This document shows, in pieces, positions 1-9,800 of a stretch of 64,000 nucleotides of DNA (position 1 is its first letter; each line of letters opens with the position of its first letter). The notes beneath the pieces were generated by a model. That model did no database searches. It saw only the letters and a program-made list of their open reading frames with translations, and was not told the DNA's origin. Made by a program: the position numbers and the translations under genes. The stretch is from NCBI GenBank assembly GCA_947589025.1, contig CANQAY010000001.1:23419-87418 (forward strand), read 5' to 3'. The DNA is from an uncultured Clostridia bacterium (GTDB lineage Bacteria; Bacillota; Clostridia; Christensenellales; UBA1242).

Positions 1-55
1 TATTGAAACAATAACAAGCAGCACCACGGCCACAACCGCCAAAAACAAAAACAAT

Positions 56-427
56 TTAACTTTTTTTGAATTTCGATTTTCCATTGTGCTTTCCTTTGTT
101 TTTAAAATTTTTTATAACAATATTATACCATTTAGTTTGCAAAAAATCAAATAATTTAGCAAACAATTTTTTGTGCCAAATATATCCAACAACGGTGGCC
201 AAAACAAGTGACAAAGAAAATTTACCAAAATTATAAAAATTTAAAAAAATTACAAAAAAAATTGAAAAAAAACTAAAAATAATGCCTTCAAAAATGATTT
301 TTAAAAAAATTTTTTGTTTTTTTATTAAAAATAATAAATTTAAAATGTTAAAAATTAATGCAAAAAATATTCCTAAAAAAATAAATATTAAAAAACAATT
401 AAACTGATTAAAACTTATAAAAATCAT
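56..427 (-). CDS. yabQ: Small multi-pass membrane protein, YabQ-like (spore cortex biosynthesis family)
   Basis: 123-aa ORF with 3-4 hydrophobic helices followed by a Lys-rich tail. Its start overlaps the stop of the upstream YabP-like gene by 4 nt (424-427), which reproduces the yabP-yabQ pair of spore formers. The call rests on size, topology and synteny. Confidence 0.55.
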   Translation of the reverse strand: MIFISFNQFNCFLIFIFLGIFFALIFNILNLLFLIKKQKIFLKIIFEGIIFSFFSIFFVIFLNFYNFGKFSLSLVLATVVGYIWHKKLFAKLFDFLQTKWYNIVIKNFKNKGKHNGKSKFKKS

Positions 428-696
428 TTAAAAATTTTCCTAAAAAAAGGTTCTTTTACTTTGCCTTCTAAATATTTAATAGATTTTATATTGCCAACAA
501 TTTCCGCTTTGTTTAAATCGTTGTCTAATTTAATTAATTCTAATTTTTCGCCAGTTATAACAACTCCGCCAAAAACTGTATCTAATTGAATTAAATTAGG
601 ATTTAAACTTATTATTTTTTTTGTTCCCGTTATAGATAAATTTTGTTTGTTAATTAAATTTAATATTTGTTCTTTTTTAATTTCTGCATGTTCCAT
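424..696 (-). CDS. yabP: Sporulation protein YabP
   Basis: 90-aa ORF. The core (LSITGTKKIISLNPNLIQLDTVFGGVVITGEKLELIKLD) and the C-terminal PFFRKIFK resemble B. subtilis YabP, which ends GFFSKLFK. It is followed by a YabQ-like gene. Confidence 0.75.
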   Translation of the reverse strand: MEHAEIKKEQILNLINKQNLSITGTKKIISLNPNLIQLDTVFGGVVITGEKLELIKLDNDLNKAEIVGNIKSIKYLEGKVKEPFFRKIFK

Positions 697-845
697 AATT
701 TTACCTTAATTAGAATATTCTTAAAAAAAATTAAATATGAGCATTTTTTTTATTTGACAAATTATTACAATATTTTTTATAATATTAAATATTAATTAAT
801 TAAAATATTTTGTAGCATTTAGGTTAAATTAATTAAGGGGATAAA

Positions 846-3800
846 ATGAAAAAAATATTAAGTGGTGTTTTTATAATTATTTCGCTATTTGTTTGCCTTG
901 TTTTTTCCGCGTGTGGTGAAAATAAATATAAAAACCTTTCAATGTATTTTTGCAACACCAATGGGGAAAGGCTTGATAGTGTTGAGTTTGTTATAGACTC
1001 TAGCGAAAGTAACACCAATAACAGCATGCGCATTGCGGTTACATTTGAAGGCATAAATAGTGAGGATATTGGCGATGTTTTAATTTATTCTCTTAACAAC
1101 ACAGTTGATGTTAAAAATTATGTTTTTCAAAACGATATGTGTTATGTGGATATTACTGCAAAAACCCCTTCTAATGGTAGATTATATGTTAAACACATGG
1201 CTTCAAATAAAATGGAATCTATTCCGCTTAACATAAAATTGAAGTCGGATAATTTAAAATTAAAATCTGCAAACATAAGCACTTACATAATTTCGCTTTC
1301 CACCATCGGGCAAAAGCTTATTGACGCCAACCTGCTGTTTAACTTGTTTTATAATGGCTCTGTTGCCAATTGCACGGATAAAATATATTTTAAATCCACC
1401 AATATGGATAACCCACTTTTCGTTACCGAAGTTGTTGAGGGTGAACCTTACATAATTGGCTTTGATATTACTGAAGAGACGAAATCTGACCCTATTGAAC
1501 TGTATCCTGTAACTTATTTAAAAGATTATACGCCAACAGAATATCCGGCTGTTAAAGTTAATTTTGTGTTTGTTAACACGCTGGAAGAAGATAAACTATC
1601 ACTTGAAGCGGACGAATTGCATAATGAAAATTTAAAAAATGGCGAACAAATTATTTTAATTTCCAACACCAGTTATGATTTGGCACACAATAAAGATGAT
1701 TCCACCCTAAACAACATTAGGGTTAAACTTGTTTATGATGGCGATGGTGAAACACTTAAAGATTATTTCAATTTTGGGCTAAACAATGCGGGATATGAAT
1801 ATTTTTATCCTGAAAATGTTATTGCGCCTACTGATGATGACTATTTTACCATTCATGCCGATGTTAATAATTTTAACCCAATTTTAATAACTCTTGGGTT
1901 AAAGCCAAAAAATTGTGTTGGGGATATTAACATTGTTTCTAAATCGTTTGAGGTTAAAAGTGAATATAAGCCAAGCGAAATAACTGTTTCTATGCAGGAT
2001 AATGTTTTAACCGAAGAAAATGGCATTATTAATGTGGCAAACCCTTTATACGATTATTATGAAAACGACCAAAATTTTAGCAATTTGGGCGCAAAATTTG
2101 TTTTTACGCCAAGCACCAACAGTGTTTCTGCCTTAAGAAAATTGCGCATAGGCATAGAGCCTAAATATATTAATGCCTATATTGCAGATTTGTTAACCGG
2201 CACAAACCACATTTACACCAGCAGCAATTTTGAAAGTGAATATGCAAATTTAATAAACGAAAACTTTAATGGCCAATATGTTAGAACCAACAAATATATG
2301 ATGGAGTTTTATGTTAACGACACCAGCATGAAATTTTATTTTGATTCAACCACCAACAAGTTGGTTTCTGAAGAATTTACCGATGCGGATAGAATTTATA
2401 TTAAGGCGGTTTACAACGGGGCATTAATGGGGAATGACAGTGGCCTTTATATAGAGGCGTTTAATGTTTTTGATGAAAGTTCTAAATTAACATATTTATC
2501 CACTGCCGTTACAATTAAATTGCGCATAAATTTTAATTACGAAACGGGCGTTGGCGATATTAATGTTAGCGCGGGCAGGCTTGTTCAAAATGGGGCAGAT
2601 ACTGGCACAAGCCTTATTCCAAATAAATATGTTAACAACAATAAAATTTATTTGGCCACACAAAATGGGCAGGATAGCGCAACCGAAAACGGCGCATATA
2701 TATTATATTTATCCGCAATATTAAGGGGCGGCAATGCCGTTAACAATATTGGCATTATAAATTTTAATGTTTCTGTTATTGGGGGAGAAAATAATCCGCT
2801 AAAAATTAAGCAGTGGGAAAAATCTGATGGAATTGGCAAAAATTTTGGCAGTTCTTTAAAGCCAATTAACACAACAATAACATATGAATATAACAGTGCC
2901 GGCAGTGTGGACAATGCCATAATTTTAGTGTTTAATAAAGATACGGATGTTGGGCAATATGTAATTCGTTTTACCCAAGGCAATGGCTTTGTTAAAGATT
3001 TTGAACTTGAAGTTTATGACGATTTTACTAGTGCTGACTTAATAAATTACAATTTGCACATAGAAAACAATGCAACTGCATTTAAAAATGATCCGCTGGC
3101 AGATTATAATGAAGATATCCCTTTTGTTGCCGATTACATTGTTGCAAGCGGCAGCAGTCTAAACATAAATTTTGATATTTCTAACCGATACACAAACACC
3201 AGCATAATTAAAAGCTATAGTTTTAGCGTGGCAAATTATGAAGGCAATGAAAACATAACAGAGGATAATGTTGAAGAATATTTAAAAATTGAAGATGGAC
3301 TAGCCGATTCCGCTTTAATAAATTTCATTCGCGGCACCATTGTTAACGGGCAAATTAACTATGTTGTGTTAACTTTAAAGGTGTACGTGCGCCAGTATTC
3401 GGACATTTTAACCGAGGCGGAAACAACAAGTTTTGAAAAAGATATTGTATTCTTCATTTTTGATGAAATTTCTTATGATGACATAACATTAAACGTGCCA
3501 AATTATGTTGAAGTTTACGCCAATAACGATTTGGGCCATTATAACAAGGCATTAAGCGAACAGGAAATACACGCCACATTAAGTGACGAAAATTTGTGGA
3601 ATTATGTTCAGGCTTATCAGCAAGGGACTGGTGACAAATATAAAGTTACCTTTACTAGTGATAGTGAAAACCCACAAAATGTTCAAATAACTAACCAGCA
3701 GCAAAATGGCGGCACACTCCATTTTTACGAGCAAGATAGCATTGTTTTGCGGGTTATAATTAAGCAATTTAACACCGTATTCAGCTTCCCTATAAATGTG

Positions 3801-6800
3801 CAAATTTTAACGCCGGTGGTAACGGATAGAGTGGTGGTTAACGGATATAACACCATAATTGAAGGTGCCTCATTATTTACATCTGGGCTTAAAGATAGAA
3901 ACGGCGTGCCAACATTAAATTTAAAGTTTGGCAGCACAAATGCAACATATCAAATTGTGGCAGAAAATCAGGCTGAAACGGGCGATGTTACGCACGAAGG
4001 CATAACGCTTGTGGTTACAGATCAAAACGGGCATGTGGATAGCAACATTGTGGCTGTGAAAGGTGATAAATTAAATGTTGTAACCTCTGCCAGCACAACT
4101 GTTAACTTAAAACTTTACATTTTTGCAACCGACGCTTTAAAAATGCCAATTGGCACATCAATAAGCAATGTTAATGAGCTTTTAATGGATAGCCATTCAA
4201 ACGCATATTTGGTTGTGGATTTAATATTATCTAACGGAAGTGCAATTAACCCTTATTTAATTTACACTGCGGATGAATTTAAGGATATAAATTCGGACCC
4301 TACCAAACATTATAAGTTAATGAACAACATTAATTTATCTAACACAGATTTTGTTATTAACAATTTTTCTGGCGGGTTAACAAGCGATTATGATGCAACA
4401 GGGGAGCAGGTTGTTTATTATGATTATTCTGTTTTTGGCATTAAGCTAAATGAAAATAGGCAAAACCTATTTACAACCAACCGCGGCAATATTTCCAACA
4501 TCAATTTTGTTGTGGAATATGGCTATAACATAACTAGCAACAATGTTTTAACTTTGGGCATTGTTGGTGAAAACGAAGGCACACTAGAAAATGTTACAGT
4601 AAGCATAACAAGCATAAATAACTCGTTTAATGGAAATAACGAGGCATATTTTGGCGGGCTTGTTGGTGTTAATAAAAGCGAAATTAAATATACGTCCAAT
4701 CAAATTATTGGTGTTAGCGGCAACATAAGTTTGGCAGGCGGCAAAGAGGTGTATTTTGGTGGGCTTGTTGGCAAAAATGAGGGCAGTGTTGTTGGCTGTA
4801 ACGCGCAGACAATTAACCTTAACTTGGCAAACACATTGGCAAACAAGGTTGAATTTGGCGTTAGCATAAACAATGCCGGTTCAATTGCAAACACAACCAT
4901 TTTGGCGCAAGGCTTAACTAACCAAAACAGTGCAGTCGGCGGGGTGATTGGCTACAACACCAATGCTGTTAACTACTTAGTTGCCTCGGGTCATATTGAC
5001 GGGGCAAACAATGTTGGCGGCATTATTGGTAAAAACGAAACCACGGCAAAAACAGTTAACTTTGAAATTGACAACGGTAATTTATCCAGCATAATTGTGG
5101 AAAATGCCAAGTATGAAAACTTTTTAATAAAAAATTCAATTTCCAGCGTAACCGTTTTAGGCACAAACAATGTTGGCGGCGTGGTTGGGCTTGATTTGGG
5201 CGGCAGTTATTACAACACTTATTGCCAAATTGTTGCGGGCGCATCGGTTTCTGGCACAAGCAATGTTGGTGGCATTGCGGGCAGCAGCACCAATGGTGTG
5301 TTTGCTTTCTGCTCGGTTATGAGTTATAAATGGAATTATGGTGAAGAGGTTAACACCTTTGATAACCCAGATATTTTAGGCAACACAAATGTTGGCGGCA
5401 TAGTGGGTGGTGCAACAAGCAATTTAACATCGGTGGTAAATTCTGGCTCTTCAAACGCTTGTGCAGTAATTAGTTGCAGCGTAAATGCCTATGTTTCCGG
5501 CAAAAGCAACACGGCAGGCTTGGTTGTAAACTCATCCAACATTTCCTTAATTTTAGACGCCTATTTCATGGGCAAAATTGATAACGCAACAGCAATTGAC
5601 CCTTCTAACACATACGGGGTGGAGGGCCTTATTATTGCGACTGAAACGGATGCAAATTATTCAATATTTAACCGCGTGTATAATAGACTTATGGACATTA
5701 ACAGCGTGGTAACTTATGAAGGCGGCGAGGATAACTTTAGCATAAAGCCAACAACCAACTATCCAAGCATTACAAACTGGGGCGGCAACGCCAATATAAA
5801 TGGCGGATACATGTATGTTGAGCTAAACGGCAAGCCAATTTTTGAGCTTATGCCACAAACACTTGTTGCAACAACAAAAGATAATTACATTTTAACAGAT
5901 GTTGAAAATAAAGAAGTTTCCAACACACTGCATTTGTATTATTACACAGTTGAAGATGCTTTGCACAGCAATAGTTATAGCATATTAAATTTATTAAGCA
6001 TTGCTGCCAAACCAGATTTGCTTGAAAGCGTTAGGGTAACAGCAACTTCTTCTAACGACAATATTGTGCGCGTTTCTTATGGCACGTTAACCGTTAGAGG
6101 GGCGGGCAATTGTGTGTTAACAATTGCTTCTGCCTTTAACCCTGCAATTAAAACGAAAATAAACATAATTGTAACCCTTCCTTTTGGGGATGAATTTTAT
6201 GTTTCCAACAGTTCAATTGAAAACAATATAACAAAAGATGGAGATGTTAAAATTGTTAAGGCCGGCAGCAAACAATTTTATGTTTCGTTTAAAAGTGCGG
6301 CGGGCTACTCTACAATTGCCAACCCAAGCCTAAAAGTTGAAGTAACTTATGTTGGGAAAGAGGCAAATTTTGCAAACTTTCTTTCAATTAACGGCAACGC
6401 GCTTAAGTTTGATGGCGCAAGCACTACAATAGACATTAGCGAAGCTTCAGTGTTTAGCGTAACAGTAAATAGCTATTTTGAGGGCAAATTTAAATTTATC
6501 GTTACTCCATACATTCAATTAAATGTGGGGGATAGCGTTGTTAAAGTTTACAACACCATAGACGAAGTTAAGCAAAACTTTACCTTTAATTTGTGCGCAA
6601 GCAAAGGTGCAACAAGCATGCATTCTAGCGTAAATAATCAAAATTTATATCCAAGCGATAGGTCATCTTTAACAATTTACATAACAACGGATGAAGAAAT
6701 TGACCCAGTGCAAATTACAAAGCAATTTAGCATTTCTGGTGAGGGCACAAGCCAAGATAACTCAGTTGCAAATGAAAACATTAGTTTTGGCTTGCAGTTT

Positions 6801-9800
6801 GTTAGTTCCAACTTTGATGCGGGAAACAACAGGCAAATGTTAACCTACAATGTAACAGTTGTTAGGCTTAAAGATTTTACCACCGCGCAAGAGGTGGATG
6901 TAACCTTTGGCATAGAGGGAGTTTCCACCACCGCGCATTACAGAATTTTGCCAGAAAGAATTGCAAATATTATAATAGAAAACTATTTGTACACTGACAA
7001 TATTGTTGATGGGCATAAGGATATTGAAAAATCCCCTGTTTTGCGCCAAAATGAAAGGGGCCTTATTGTTATTGATATGGATCCACTTAACGGATATTAC
7101 GATTATCTTGAAATTGACGATTTATCTGGCGGCAACCTAATAGCTTTCCGTCAATTGGACGGAGTGAACGGCAACCGTGTGCAAGAGGCAGAAACTATTT
7201 CTAGCGATGGCTTTGGCATAAAACTTCAAAAGCAGCAGGATACAAACCGCATTTTTGTGGAAACTAGGGTTAGCATTAACGATAGTTCCCGCTTGCATGA
7301 AGTTCGCGTTAAGGCATATTTAAATGATGGCACATTGTTAAAACAAAATTATTACACCATAAGTGTTAGAATGTTGCCAGAAATTCATTTATATTATCGC
7401 AACCCTAATGGCACGGAAAAGCAAAACGAAAACAGCAACTTTTACTCTGCCTTGGGTGTGGATACTTATTTAAGGGCAGAAACTTTAAATGCGGACGCAA
7501 ACTCGGTTAATTTCAGTTTGAGTTTTGAAAACAATGCGGAAGACGCCAACAATTATTTTGAAATTGAACAAACGCGTGATGGCTTTTACACTTTGCATTA
7601 TAAAACTAACAACATAATATTGTTAAATAGAACTTTAATTATAACAGCCACCACTAGGGCAACACAAGCCAACGGCCAATTTGATGAGGCTAGTGAGCAA
7701 ATTAAACTAAAAATTGTAAATTTTGTTATTCACAACATAAGCGTTAGCAACAGCCGTACGGGCAGCACGGGCAAAGAAATTTACGGCAACTTTAACACGC
7801 CAACAAAACTGGAATTTTACTTTGCACCGCAGGATATAAGTTATTACAATAACGGCTTCTTTAACCAAACCTACCGTGAGGATAGCAGCACGCGGGCAAT
7901 AAACGAAAATATTTACAACATTTTGCACGCATTAAATAATAACACAATTAATGCAAGCGAATATTTGAAGTTTGACCCACTTAATGCCGATTTAACTTTT
8001 GAAAACAATGTTTTAACAGTAAAAAGCCTAACCGGCAGCACAGTGTTAAATTTAACATTGCCAATGCACTTAACTAATAATCAATGGGAACTTGGCATGG
8101 GGGATGAAAATGCGGAAAACATTACATATACTGACAGTTTTAACCTTAATTTTGTAAATTTAACCTCAAGCATTCACCCAGATGTTATTACGGATGAGGC
8201 AGATTTACTTTCAACCTCTTTTGCACCGGGTTATTATGTTTTGGGCAACGACCTTAACCTATTTAACTTTGCGCCATTAGAAGTTGGCGATGCCGATGGG
8301 CAAATTGTGTTTGACGGCAATGGCAGAAGAATTATTATTCATAGTTTTGGTGAATTTAACGAACAAAATGTTACAGTTGGGCTGTTTGAAAGAATTCCTT
8401 CTAACATGATTGTTGTTAACCTAGAAGTTATTTATATAACCGAGCGGGATAACTTAAATGGTTACACCTTGGGCTATATTGATAGGCAAAATATACGATT
8501 AAATAGCATAACTTATAAAAATTTGTTTACTAGCGCAAGTGTGGAATATGTTAACGCAAGCTTTGGCGGGGTGGCGGCAGTTAATGATGGAACAATTTCA
8601 AACTGCACCGTTTCTGGCTATGTTGCGTTTGAAGCAAGTTATAACGACGAAAACGGCGGCAAAATTTATGCCGACTTTAACATGGGCGGCATTGTGGCAG
8701 AAAATAATGGCACAATAACACACTCAACAAGCAAATTGGGTATGTTTGCGCATGCCAACATTGGCGGTTTGGCTTATGTAAATGGCGGCAGCGGGCGCAT
8801 AATTTCAAGCCAGTTTGACGCAAGCCAAAGCTTTGCAACAAACCGCGCAATTCAAAATTACAAAATAAGCGCAACCGAAAATTATTCAACCACATCAATT
8901 AACATTTCGGGCATGATTTATGCCTTTACTGGTGCTGCCAAAACAATTGATGTTGCTGGCTTTGTTGTTAATAACAGCGGCGAGGTTTCGATGTGCTTTG
9001 CTAACATATCCAACACAACAATAAATGGCAGGCCATTTGAAAATATTGAATCTAACTACGAATTTGCCGGCTTTGTTTACCACAATTCAAGTGTAATTTC
9101 TAATTGCTATTCAATTGTGGATACAATGTCTAATAGCCAAGCATCATTCTCGGGCTTTGTTGCAAATAACGAATCGGGCACAATTCAAACAAGTTACAGC
9201 TTTGTTACTAATGGCGTGCATGCCGATTGGCGTGCTATTGATATGTTTATTTCCCGTTTGCGTGAAAACAAGGGCACATTAATAGATTGTTATGAAATTA
9301 ATTCGGATATTGTTAGCGGCAACGAAGTTGTTACAAAAATTGCCCCTACCGAGCTTGCCAATAAAGAAAAATACACCAACTTCTTGTTTGGTGATAATGT
9401 TAGTTCGGTGTGGACAATTTCAAGCGGCACGCCACAGCTTGTTAGCACGCTAGATGCCGTTACATACGACGCCTATGAACATAATGACGAATTATGCTAT
9501 TATGGCTTAAGGCGGGTGGATGTTGACCCGGCAACTGGGCTGTTTACCTTAAATAACAATGGCTATGGCAATAAAAATAACCCAATTTTAATTTACGACA
9601 TTAACGGCTGGAACGACTATTTGGCAAACGAAAACGATGCATATTTAAATAAATATTATAGGTTAATTTGCAATTTGGATTTTGGTGATCAAATGCCAAA
9701 ATCTAGCACAAAAACATTTAGTGGCAATATTCAGGGCAACAACATGACAATTGACAACATTTTGTTGTATTCGTCTGATAGCCTAAGTTCAATTGGTTTG

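Noticed and set aside
1-54. A possible 5' end of a further minus-strand gene after yabQ (TTG at 54-52, then FLFLAVVAVVLLVIVSI). By synteny this would be a DivIC/FtsB-like protein.
   Set aside because: Only 18 codons of hydrophobic sequence are visible, the TTG start is weak and there is no RBS. This is not enough to call a feature.
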